This document shows positions 55,300-63,279 of a DNA stretch of 64,000 bases, piece by piece. Each line of letters starts with the position of its first letter. The first letter of the stretch is position 1. A program made the translations under genes and the position numbers. Source of the DNA: a virus (Duplodnaviria > Caudoviricetes); the IMG/VR virus record IMGVR_UViG_2974752881_000001, positions 3,360 through 67,359 of that record; one strand, written 5' to 3'. The notes beneath the pieces were generated by a model. It did not search any database and was not told where the DNA came from. It saw nothing but the letters and a program-made list of their open reading frames with translations.

Positions 55300-55763
55300 T
55301 ACGAGATGTCGGCGCCTTCGCCGTTGTTCTGGATGTCGAGCATCTGATCCTCGCCGGTGATGATGTCCTTGATGCCGACTTCTCGACCGTAGACGGTTAC
55401 TCGGTCGAAGTGGTTGAAGCTGAACTCCTCGGCCGCACCGGCACCGACGTAGATGCGGACCTCTCCGCCGTCGAACGAGATCTGTCGCAGCTCGGCGATC
55501 ACGATCTTCATCGACATGCCGTCTTCGCCGAAGCGGACCGGGAAGCGGACGTACCGGCCGATGTCGCGTGCCATCAGCTCACAGGCGTAGACCTGCACCC
55601 CGCCGTCGCCGAGCTGGGAGGGCTCCAGGCGTGCGACCCAGCCGCCTTGCGAGAAGGTTGCGGCGCCGAGGTTCACCGTGTCGGTCTTCGGTTCGAGGTT
55701 GTCCATCATGTTGAGCTGGTACGCCATCCGGTCTCGGTCGGCGATCTTCTTCTTGGCAGCCAT
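55296..55763 (-). CDS. hypothetical protein
   Basis: 155 aa; TGATG-coupled. Confidence 0.8.
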   Translation of the reverse strand: MAAKKKIADRDRMAYQLNMMDNLEPKTDTVNLGAATFSQGGWVARLEPSQLGDGGVQVYACELMARDIGRYVRFPVRFGEDGMSMKIVIAELRQISFDGGEVRIYVGAGAAEEFSFNHFDRVTVYGREVGIKDIITGEDQMLDIQNNGEGADISY

Positions 55764-55978
55764 CAGCTCTTCTCCGCTCGTTGCAGCACGGTCACGAACG
55801 GGACAGCGGGGACCACCTCGTCGGATCGAATGTTGCGAACACCCGAGTCGATCAGCGACCAGTAGGCCAGCTTGCGTGGCAGGCGATGGGCCAGCCAGCG
55901 CCAGAACGCCTCGTCGGTTCGTCGGATGCGTTCTCGCAACGTCATCGCCGGGATCGTCCAGATGGTGGTGAGCTTCAT
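55763..55978 (-). CDS. hypothetical protein
   Basis: 71 aa. Confidence 0.7.
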   Translation of the reverse strand: MKLTTIWTIPAMTLRERIRRTDEAFWRWLAHRLPRKLAYWSLIDSGVRNIRSDEVVPAVPFVTVLQRAEKS

Positions 55979-55981
55979 GGG

Positions 55982-56989
55982 TTATCCGATCTTCTTGATG
56001 CGGCAGACGGCGACGGAGCGGAAACCCCCGCCGACCTGGAGGAAGTGGAGAATGCGGAGATCCTCGCCGTGCTCTTCGGGGTCGAAGTCCGAGGGCGTGA
56101 TGTGCGGCGGGTGCTTCCCGCCGTCGCCGTCGACGATTGCTCGGTCGAGCGCGCCGGACAGCGAGTTCACCCAGACGACCTCGACCCGGTTGTTCGACTT
56201 CCGGTTGGCGCCGAGCTTGGTGAGGATCTCGGCGGAGGTGAGCGGAGAGGCGACGGACGACCAGTTGCGATTCGGGTTCGCCTGTTGGCCCCGCACCGCG
56301 GCGTAGGTGTCTTGCTGGCTCCAGAGGGCGTGCTCGCGGTCCCTAGGCTTCTGCTTCTCCGCGGCGTCCTTGTGCCCCAGGGCCTCGGCCGCGATGTCGA
56401 ACTCGTCGACCTCGGGCACCATGCCGACGTGTTCCATGACCGTCTGCTGCCTCAGCTCCTTGACCTCTTCCGCGGCGGCTTCGAGGTACGGGGAATGGGC
56501 GGCACTATGGGCGGCACTATGGGCGGCACTCTCGTCGTCGCTGTCCGTATGGGCGGCATCAGTGGGCGGCACATCCGTATGGGCGGCACTATGGGCGGCA
56601 CTGGTGGGCGGCACTGGCGCCTCGTCGGCGTCCACCGGCTCGACCCCGAGCTGGTCGTCCTCGGGCTGTGGGTCGCCCGGCTGGATGACGTGGAAGTCGT
56701 TCTCGATCTGCTCGCGCACGTCGCCGCTCTCGGTGTCCAGCACCGTCACCGCGCCGTTGGGGTCGGTGTAGGTGACCTGGTCCTCGGCGACGTCCGGGTC
56801 GATGGCGTAGAAGGCCTTCAGCTCCTCCACCCCGATCTCGCCGAGGTCGCGGCGCAGCGTGACGAATGCGAACTTCTTGTTGACCTTCGGGTGCCCCTTG
56901 GCCGGGGCCCAACTGTACTTCTGAGCGTGCTCGGTGATCTGGTTGGCCAGATCGAGCGCGTCCTGCTGTTCTTCGGTCAGATCGGGCAT
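55982..56989 (-). CDS. 335-aa acidic protein with SAAH repeats
   Basis: first leftward gene; SD GGAG; internal repeat linker. Confidence 0.8.
   Translation of the reverse strand: MPDLTEEQQDALDLANQITEHAQKYSWAPAKGHPKVNKKFAFVTLRRDLGEIGVEELKAFYAIDPDVAEDQVTYTDPNGAVTVLDTESGDVREQIENDFHVIQPGDPQPEDDQLGVEPVDADEAPVPPTSAAHSAAHTDVPPTDAAHTDSDDESAAHSAAHSAAHSPYLEAAAEEVKELRQQTVMEHVGMVPEVDEFDIAAEALGHKDAAEKQKPRDREHALWSQQDTYAAVRGQQANPNRNWSSVASPLTSAEILTKLGANRKSNNRVEVVWVNSLSGALDRAIVDGDGGKHPPHITPSDFDPEEHGEDLRILHFLQVGGGFRSVAVCRIKKIG
56495..56615. repeat. ATGGGCGGCACT-type tandem repeat (8 GGGCGGCA cores)
   Basis: 12-bp units encoding SAAH/PPT. Confidence 0.85.
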
Positions 56990-57123
56990 CAGATCTCCAT
57001 GTTGTTATCGGGTACTACCTGCATATATGACTATTTCAGCGAATCGGCGAAATCGGCTGTACCGGGGTACCGGGGCCGGGGCGTGCGCGGCGCGGGTCGC
57101 GGGGCCGGTCGTCGGGTGCGCTG

Positions 57124-57191
57124 TCGAATGCATGTTCGATCGAATCCCTGTTCGATGACTCGAACGTGTGTTCGATCGAACCGATGTTCGA
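57124..57191. promoter_or_regulatory. array of four LexA/SOS boxes in two abutting pairs
   Basis: TCGAATGCATGTTCGA|TCGAATCCCTGTTCGA-TGAC-TCGAACGTGTGTTCGA|TCGAACCGATGTTCGA. Confidence 0.8.
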
Positions 57192-57314
57192 TCCGGTCTC
57201 GGTGTCCCCTAGTCCGTCCGCTGGACGTTCCCGCTAGCCGCGGGACTTCGGTGGCCCGACCGTCGGCGCGCTACCCCTGTCGCCGATCTCCGCTGTTCTG
57301 TTCTCAATACGACC

Positions 57315-57343
57315 AATGTACCGGTTGGCGTCAATCTGCGCAA
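57315..57343 (-). promoter_or_regulatory. leftward promoter with operator in the spacer
   Basis: TTGCGC-17 nt (AGATTGACGCCAACCGG)-TACATT. Confidence 0.7.
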
Positions 57344-57462
57344 CCCCTACCCCGGATCGTCCCGGGTGCGTCCTGCTGTCGTCGTCATGCTGATGACCCT
57401 ACGGCATGTCAGCGTCGACGTGCAACCCCTACATGCGGGGAAGGCTGGACCGGTTGCACGGG

Positions 57463-57492
57463 TTGACGCCAAGTCTCACATGTGCGTACTGT
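57463..57492 (+). promoter_or_regulatory. rightward promoter whose -35 is the operator
   Basis: TTGACG-18 nt-TACTGT; preceded by inverted repeat CGTGCAACC/GGTTGCACG. Confidence 0.75.
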
Positions 57493-57538
57493 GAGGGCAC
57501 GGCCGGAACACACCGGCCCCGAACTGGAGGAACACACC

Positions 57539-57970
57539 ATGAGTTACCGCTCCGTCTACGCGCCGAAGGATGCCGACATGCGGGCCGAATCGGTCGCCTA
57601 TCTCCGCGAAGTCTTCCCGATCACCGACGGCACGGCGACCGCGTACACCGTCGTCACTCACGTGACCGCTTCCGGCATGGGTCGGTCGATCCTGGTACTC
57701 GCACCGGGCACCGGCACCGACGGCCGCGAAGTGATCAACGTGTCTCGGCACGTGGCCCGCGTACTCGGCTGGAAGCTGGACGATCGGCACGGCGGTGTGT
57801 ACGTCCAGGGTTGCGGAATGGACATGGCCTTTCACACCGTCTACTCACTGGCCCGGGCACTATACGGCCACATGTCCGCCGAAGAGATCACCAAAGTGGC
57901 CGCGAAAGTCAATCGTTACACCGCATCGGCCGACGCCGGTTACCTGATCACAAACCGGGGCCTCCAGTGA
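57539..57970 (+). CDS. conserved phage hypothetical protein
   Basis: SD GGAGG; SGMGRSI...VQGCGMDMAFHTVYSL motif. Confidence 0.85.
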   Translation: MSYRSVYAPKDADMRAESVAYLREVFPITDGTATAYTVVTHVTASGMGRSILVLAPGTGTDGREVINVSRHVARVLGWKLDDRHGGVYVQGCGMDMAFHTVYSLARALYGHMSAEEITKVAAKVNRYTASADAGYLITNRGLQ

Positions 57971-58371
57971 TGACGGCGCCGACCATCACCGAACGGGTAC
58001 AGACCGGCCCGCTGGACGTGGCCATCGTCGGCCCGGCGGTCGACGGTCGGGCCGTCGGCGCCACGGCCGCGGGGTACGCCTGGACCGTGATTGCCGACGA
58101 CGACCACACCGGCTCCCCGCGGGTGCGGGTCACGTGCCACGGCCGCCGATCGTCTCTCATCTTTGAACGCTGGCAGTACCCCCGGGCCGATCTCTTCGAG
58201 GCCGTCGGTCGCGCGGCCGTCGTGACTCTCACCGGTGCCCGTCGGGCCGACCTGGAGGCCATCACGCACACCGACGGCGCCGGTTACGTCGGTCGTACCC
58301 CGATCACTGACGACATGCGGCCGTACGGTGCGGAATACACCCGCATGTACACCGTGACCGATCTCATCTAA
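57970..58371 (+). CDS. hypothetical protein
   Basis: TGATG overlap. Confidence 0.75.
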   Translation: MTAPTITERVQTGPLDVAIVGPAVDGRAVGATAAGYAWTVIADDDHTGSPRVRVTCHGRRSSLIFERWQYPRADLFEAVGRAAVVTLTGARRADLEAITHTDGAGYVGRTPITDDMRPYGAEYTRMYTVTDLI

Positions 58372-58397
58372 ACCTCACTCACACAAAGGATTACGAC

Positions 58398-59186
58398 ATG
58401 CTCACCACGCAATACGACGACGCCGGAAACCTCCAGGCCACATCGGCCACCGTGCGACAGGACATCACGCACCGCTTCGGCACGATGACGGCCACCGGCA
58501 CGGCCCGAACGTGCATCGTGGTCGATCGGCGCGGACTCGGCGCCGTTGTGCCGAAGTCGGGCCTTCCCCGCAACGGTGAGCATGTCTACGGCGGCGCGGC
58601 GCCGTGGTTTCACACCGACGGCCGCGGGATACGGCATATCGACTACAACCGCCGGACCGGTTTCTACACCCGGGCCTATGCCGATCGTCTCCTGACCGAG
58701 TTGCACAACCGGGCACTGGAAGGCCAGCGGACACCGGCCCGCGGGGAGATCATGACCGGCCCGGTTGCCCTGGACATCTACAACAGTGACGGCCGCGTAA
58801 CGGTGAACTGGAGGACGCGCGACGGTATCGAATACTGGGACGACCTGGTCATCCTGGACTACGCGCGCACCGGTTACCGGCACTATCCGTCCGGCGTCCT
58901 GGAGATCGGCGACACCGGGGAGTACCTGGACGCCGTGCGACAGGATGCGCACCACCGGGGCTATCACGTTCCGGCGCGTGGCCTCATCACCGAGCGTGCC
59001 ACCGGCCCGGCCCTGACCGGTTATCTCCGCGCCGATGGCCGCACCCTGGCCGAGATCGTCCGGTGCGAAGAATGCGGCCGCCGTTGGGACGACGCCGTAT
59101 CGACGTCGGTTACCCCGGCACCGTCGGGCCGGTGCCCTTTCGAGTACGACCACGGCCGCCCGTCATCGCTGGCACGCCTGTACTGA
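58398..59186 (+). CDS. hypothetical protein with C-terminal Zn-ribbon-like motif
   Basis: SD AAAGGA; CEECGRRW...PAPSGRCPFEYDH. Confidence 0.8.
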   Translation: MLTTQYDDAGNLQATSATVRQDITHRFGTMTATGTARTCIVVDRRGLGAVVPKSGLPRNGEHVYGGAAPWFHTDGRGIRHIDYNRRTGFYTRAYADRLLTELHNRALEGQRTPARGEIMTGPVALDIYNSDGRVTVNWRTRDGIEYWDDLVILDYARTGYRHYPSGVLEIGDTGEYLDAVRQDAHHRGYHVPARGLITERATGPALTGYLRADGRTLAEIVRCEECGRRWDDAVSTSVTPAPSGRCPFEYDHGRPSSLARLY

Positions 59187-59222
59187 CCACCGCCACACCG
59201 AGAGACACCGAAGGATCGAACG

Positions 59223-59885
59223 ATGCGCATCACCACACCGGACGGCCGCGTACTCGGCCATGTGACCCTCACCGCCGACGACATGGCCACCGTGGCCGAC
59301 ACACTGGAGGCCCGCACCCGTCGGCTGATCGACGACACTCGGCGCGCGGCCATCGCCACCGCTGGAGGCTGGACGCCGGGACCCCGACCGACCACCGAGA
59401 CCCCTGACCGAGATCGGCCCCGGCGTCGGCGGCCGTGGTGGCTTTACGTGGTCGGTGTGTTGGTTGTTCTCGGTGTCTTCGGCGCCATGGTCGACGATGA
59501 CGACGACACACCGCCGAGCACACCGGCGGCCGTCCAGACCATCGCCCCGCAACCGATCAACGCACCGCGGGCCATGCCCGGCCCGGACGGTTCGATCGTC
59601 GTCGGTTCGGTGGCCGTCGACAACGTCTATCGGGAAGGCTCCCCGTTGCGGGAGCGCTTCGCGGCCATCATGGTCGATCACAACGTGACCGGGACGACGG
59701 GCCGAGAACTGGACGCCAACGTCTCCGCGGGTGTGTCGTACTGCCACGCACTGGCCCGCGGAGAACTGGCCGCCGTGCGTGAGGCCGACGCCGTATCGGG
59801 CACGGCCGCCGACGGTGTCGAGATCGGGAAGCAACGGCGGGCCATCGTGGTCGGCGCGTTGTCTGCACTATGCCCGGCGTTGTGA
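59223..59885 (+). CDS. membrane-anchored protein with exported C-terminal domain
   Basis: TM WWLYVVGVLVVLGVFGAM; YCHAL...ALCP disulfide pair; SD GAAGGA. Confidence 0.8.
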   Translation: MRITTPDGRVLGHVTLTADDMATVADTLEARTRRLIDDTRRAAIATAGGWTPGPRPTTETPDRDRPRRRRPWWLYVVGVLVVLGVFGAMVDDDDDTPPSTPAAVQTIAPQPINAPRAMPGPDGSIVVGSVAVDNVYREGSPLRERFAAIMVDHNVTGTTGRELDANVSAGVSYCHALARGELAAVREADAVSGTAADGVEIGKQRRAIVVGALSALCPAL

Positions 59886-59888
59886 GGG

Positions 59889-59958
59889 TTGACGCCAAAC
59901 CTCACATGCCGTAACGTGATCGGTGTCAGCAGGAAACCACCACGAAAGGCAAGCCATG
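59889..59958 (+). promoter_or_regulatory. repeated promoter-leader cassette, copy 1
   Basis: TTGACG-17 nt-TAACGT ... GTCAG..GAAACC..CGAAAGGCAAGCCATG. Confidence 0.85.
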
Positions 59959-60300
59959 CACACCACCGACCGACTCACCGCCAACCGTGAAATCATCGCG
60001 CGCGTCCAGGCCACTCGCGGCCTCACCGCTTCCGAACGCAACGTGGCCGGTCCGGCCGTGGCCGACGCACGGGAGGCATCGCGCAACGGCTGGACGATCG
60101 TCGATCTCACCGCGTACACCATGACCCTGACCGACGTCGACGGCGACCACGTCAGCGCTTCCTACTCGGCGGCCAGCAACGGCGTCCTGGCCGCTGAACT
60201 GTCGATCGGCGGTAACACTCGGTCGATCACGCGACGCAACGGCGTAACGCTTCGTGAGCAGGTCCAGGCCCTCATCGGCTGGACCGCACCGACCAACTGA
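59956..60300 (+). CDS. hypothetical protein
   Basis: SD GAAAGG; MHTTDRL... Confidence 0.8.
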   Translation: MHTTDRLTANREIIARVQATRGLTASERNVAGPAVADAREASRNGWTIVDLTAYTMTLTDVDGDHVSASYSAASNGVLAAELSIGGNTRSITRRNGVTLREQVQALIGWTAPTN

Positions 60301-60307
60301 CCACCGT

Positions 60308-60334
60308 GGCCCGGCGTCGACTCGGCGCCGGGCC
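60308..60334 (+). terminator. GC-rich hairpin
   Basis: GGCCCGGCGTCG-ACT-CGGCGCCGGGCC. Confidence 0.55.
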
Positions 60335-60375
60335 GCACCATCACCGCACACCACCACACACCGAAGGATCGAACA

Positions 60376-60948
60376 ATGCGCTTCCACACCGACACACTGA
60401 CCGGCGTCGATTTGTTCGCGGCCGTATCCCTGGCCAACGATCGGATGATCGACGTTGCCACCGACCTGGCCGCAAACTCCGCCCGGAAGACTCACCGGCC
60501 GCACACCCTGACGCCGATGTATGCCGAGATCACCACGCACGGCTCCCGTATCCGCACCCGGGCACTGGAGGTCCAGTTGTCCGGTGATGCGTCGCGACGC
60601 ACCAACAGTGGCACCCGTGGTGCCGGAGATGAGTACGCGGCCACGTGGGATCAATGGGGAGTCTTCCTGTCGGAAGCATTCCGCCGTGACCCCGACCTGC
60701 TGGTCGGCAGTAAGGCATATCCGATCTACGACGGCGCCGAACACTTCCATTGGGTCACTGGAGGCCGTTACGCGGACATGTCGTACCCCGGGGTATCGCG
60801 CGGGTGGACGTCCGAGAACTATCACCGCGCGCACCGTTGGGGGTATGCCGACATGTCGGCCGGTGGCAATTACTCGGTGTCGGAATGCACAAATCACACG
60901 TGCCGGGCCATCATCCGCCGCGGAGACTGGTCGGCGGTCAGCGGGTGA
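60376..60948 (+). CDS. hypothetical protein
   Basis: same CACCGAAGGATCGAACnATG leader as 59223; YAATWDQWG motif. Confidence 0.8.
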   Translation: MRFHTDTLTGVDLFAAVSLANDRMIDVATDLAANSARKTHRPHTLTPMYAEITTHGSRIRTRALEVQLSGDASRRTNSGTRGAGDEYAATWDQWGVFLSEAFRRDPDLLVGSKAYPIYDGAEHFHWVTGGRYADMSYPGVSRGWTSENYHRAHRWGYADMSAGGNYSVSECTNHTCRAIIRRGDWSAVSG

Positions 60949-61115
60949 GGGCCACCGAGCGTCGCGCGTTGCGGGCCATCACCGCCGACGCACTGACCGG
61001 CGTCGTCCGCATTCCCGATCACTCACCGGCGTACTGGTCAGCGCTGGCAACCCTGCACACCGCCCGGGCACACCGCCGGGCCATCACCACCACCACGAAA
61101 GGCCCGAACCGATGA
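60945..61115 (+). CDS. 56-aa hypothetical protein
   Basis: GTGA and ATGA coupling at both ends. Confidence 0.6.
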   Translation: MRATERRALRAITADALTGVVRIPDHSPAYWSALATLHTARAHRRAITTTTKGPNR

Positions 61116-61678
61116 ACACACCGAACCGCGTACGTCTCGATTTGATCTCCAGTACTGCCCAACTGATCGGAATGGACGTCGACGAATACCGGACGGCCAA
61201 GGCCCTCCAGGCCGCTTTCGGTGAGGCCGATTTCACCGTTTACGTGTCGGCCGTGACCAGCATGGCCCGCGGTTACGTGGATGCGTTGTGCTGGACGCAA
61301 CGCGCGTACGACGACGACAACGCCGACGCTGACCTGACGTTGTCCGATCTCGGCTACGGCTACGACGATCTGCACCCGGGCACCCGGGCCCGGATCATCG
61401 GGGAGCTAGTGGCCCTCATCACCGCGCACCCGTTGGCCGTGCGCATGTACGGCGCCAACCGGCGTTACAGCGGGTGCAAAGGCGATGCGTGGTCGCACTT
61501 CGGCCATGACTACCTGCTCACCCGGGACGGGCACGGCGCCGGATTCTGGGACCGTGGCCTAGGTGACCTCGGCGACTACCTGACCGACATCGCGAAGACG
61601 ATGGGGGAGCATGACGAACTGTCGCGCGACTTCGACGACCCGGACAACCGACTCACCGACGGTGAGACTCCCCGATGA
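61112..61678 (+). CDS. conserved phage hypothetical protein (GHDYLLTRDGHGAGFWDR motif)
   Basis: SD GAAAGG; ATGA overlap. Confidence 0.85.
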   Translation: MNTPNRVRLDLISSTAQLIGMDVDEYRTAKALQAAFGEADFTVYVSAVTSMARGYVDALCWTQRAYDDDNADADLTLSDLGYGYDDLHPGTRARIIGELVALITAHPLAVRMYGANRRYSGCKGDAWSHFGHDYLLTRDGHGAGFWDRGLGDLGDYLTDIAKTMGEHDELSRDFDDPDNRLTDGETPR

Positions 61679-61971
61679 TCATCCACACCGCCGAGAAACC
61701 GGGCATGTTGGTCACTGGCGAAGTCTGGTCATCGTCCCGACCTGCATCGCTGAATGTGATCATGCCGAGTCTGTACAACGCCGACGGTAACAATCACTGC
61801 CCGCGGCCGTCCGGCCCGATCGTCGAAGCGGTGCGCGCGGCCGTCATGCGAACGTTCCGCGAGTGTCGGCCCGGTTTGGTCCAGCGCTACCCCGACGCCG
61901 TTGTGACTGTCGTCCAGTCGCATCGTGCGCGCGGCCATTGGCTCTATACGGTGTGGTCGCACCGGCCGTAA
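61675..61971 (+). CDS. hypothetical protein
   Basis: ATGA overlap; 98 aa. Confidence 0.65.
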   Translation: MIIHTAEKPGMLVTGEVWSSSRPASLNVIMPSLYNADGNNHCPRPSGPIVEAVRAAVMRTFRECRPGLVQRYPDAVVTVVQSHRARGHWLYTVWSHRP

Positions 61972-61977
61972 CCTCAA

Positions 61978-62110
61978 TCTGACAACGCGCGTTGTCACAT
62001 GTACCCCGGCACTGGTCACGGTGTCGGGGTACTTCCATGTTGACGCCAACACTTACATGCCGTAACGTCTCACCTGTCAGCAAGAAACCCCCGACGAAAG
62101 GCCCGACATG
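61978..62110 (+). repeat. palindrome + hairpin + promoter + leader cassette, copy 2
   Basis: TGACAACGCGCGTTGTCA; stem with TGGTCACG loop; TTGACG-17 nt-TAACGT (62040-62068). Confidence 0.85.
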
Positions 62111-62611
62111 ACCGACCACAACGCCACCACCACCGCCCTGGCCGTAGGCGACCGCGTACGCCTGGACGACGCTTCGGCTATCGTCCGGCCACACCTGGCC
62201 AACCGGAACCTGACCGTGACCGCCGTGCATGGCCGCGGGTGGGTCACGGTGTCCTATCTCGGCACCGAGCACAACGTCGGCGCCGAAGAGCTGGAGGCCG
62301 CCCCGGCCGCACACCGACCGACCACCGTCCGGGACGTCTTCGACGCACTGGCCGCGCGTCAGGTTGACGCCGACATGCGCACGGCCGCCGGTGGTGCGGA
62401 ATGGTGCGTGATCGACGTCGACGATAACGGCACGTTCGGCGGTTGGGTCGACGCTGGCCATGACCCCGGCGTAGTGGTGGTGCGTGGTCTCGGCGTCCTG
62501 ACCGATAAGCCTTTCACCGACGCCGAAGCGGCGGCCGAGTATATCGCTGGCCGAGTGACTCGGTTGGTTGCCGATATGGAAGCCGACGCCTACGGCTACC
62601 TGGACATCTGA
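62108..62611 (+). CDS. hypothetical protein with SH3/KOW-like N-terminus
   Basis: LAVGDRVRL...GWVTV; SD GAAAGG. Confidence 0.8.
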   Translation: MTDHNATTTALAVGDRVRLDDASAIVRPHLANRNLTVTAVHGRGWVTVSYLGTEHNVGAEELEAAPAAHRPTTVRDVFDALAARQVDADMRTAAGGAEWCVIDVDDNGTFGGWVDAGHDPGVVVVRGLGVLTDKPFTDAEAAAEYIAGRVTRLVADMEADAYGYLDI

Positions 62612-62734
62612 CAACGAGCGTGCTCACTGCCCCGACGCTGGTCACGGCGCCGGGGTAGTGTCGGCTTGACGCCAAGTCTTACATGCCGTAACGTCTTCCC
62701 TGTCAGACAGAAACCGACCGAAAGGCAAGCCATG
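62607..62734 (+). repeat. palindrome + hairpin + promoter + leader cassette, copy 3
   Basis: TCTGACAACGAGCGTGCTCAC; stem with TGGTCACG loop; TTGACG-17 nt-TAACGT (62666-62694). Confidence 0.85.
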
Positions 62735-62845
62735 TACCTGCTGGAAACCGCAACCGAGACCACCGCCTACGCCACGTACGAACTGGCCCGGGCCGCCCAA
62801 CTGGCACACCCGGAACGTCTCGGATCGTCCATCTCGGCGGCCTAG
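62732..62845 (+). CDS. 37-aa peptide (not in ORF track)
   Basis: MYLLETATETTAYATYELARAAQLAHPERLGSSISAA; own promoter cassette and SD GAAAGG. Confidence 0.7.
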   Translation: MYLLETATETTAYATYELARAAQLAHPERLGSSISAA

Positions 62846-62851
62846 GCCGCC

Positions 62852-62885
62852 CCAGCGGCGCCGGTCACGACGACGGCGCCGCTGG
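62852..62885 (+). terminator. perfect 12-bp hairpin carrying GGTCACG
   Basis: CCAGCGGCGCCG-GTCACGACGA-CGGCGCCGCTGG. Confidence 0.65.
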
Positions 62886-62950
62886 CCCGCATCCCCGATC
62901 TGAGAACACGTGTTGTCAGATTGATACTCCGACCTCGAAAGGCTCACACC

Positions 62951-63169
62951 ATGACCGACCAGCGGCCACCGATCTACACCGACCAGGATGGCGTCCAGTG
63001 GCGCACCGAGTACGCGCGTTGCCCGATGTGCGGACACGCCACCGACTGGACCAACCGCGTACACCCGTCGGGGTACTTCCGATGCAAGTGCGGGGCCATG
63101 TACGACGAACCGACTTTCGACAACGCCGAAGCGGCCTACGCCGGAACACTGGACACCTGGCAGGTGTAG
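62951..63169 (+). CDS. 72-aa Zn-ribbon protein
   Basis: CPMCG...CKCG; SD GAAAGG. Confidence 0.75.
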   Translation: MTDQRPPIYTDQDGVQWRTEYARCPMCGHATDWTNRVHPSGYFRCKCGAMYDEPTFDNAEAAYAGTLDTWQV

Positions 63170-63211
63170 ACCGAGATCGGCGGGCCTGGAGGCCCTACAA
63201 CGCACCACACC

Positions 63212-63247
63212 GCACACCCGGCGTCCACCATGGCGCCGGGTGTGTTT
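63212..63247 (+). terminator. intrinsic terminator ending the accessory array
   Basis: GCACACCCGGCG...CGCCGGGTGTGT followed by TT. Confidence 0.7.
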
Positions 63248-63279
63248 GCGTCTAGGCGTCGATCTCGGCGCGCGTATGG

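Noticed and set aside
57124-57191. TGTTCGA repeats as a mini-CRISPR array
   Set aside because: The units are 16-bp palindromes that abut with only 4-nt variable centres and no 30-40-nt spacers; they fit LexA boxes
62364-62373. TTGACGCCGA near-match to the operator (also at about 48411)
   Set aside because: Arises from common GGC GTC AAC / GTT GAC GCC codons; lacks the second half-site and the N4-YACA extension
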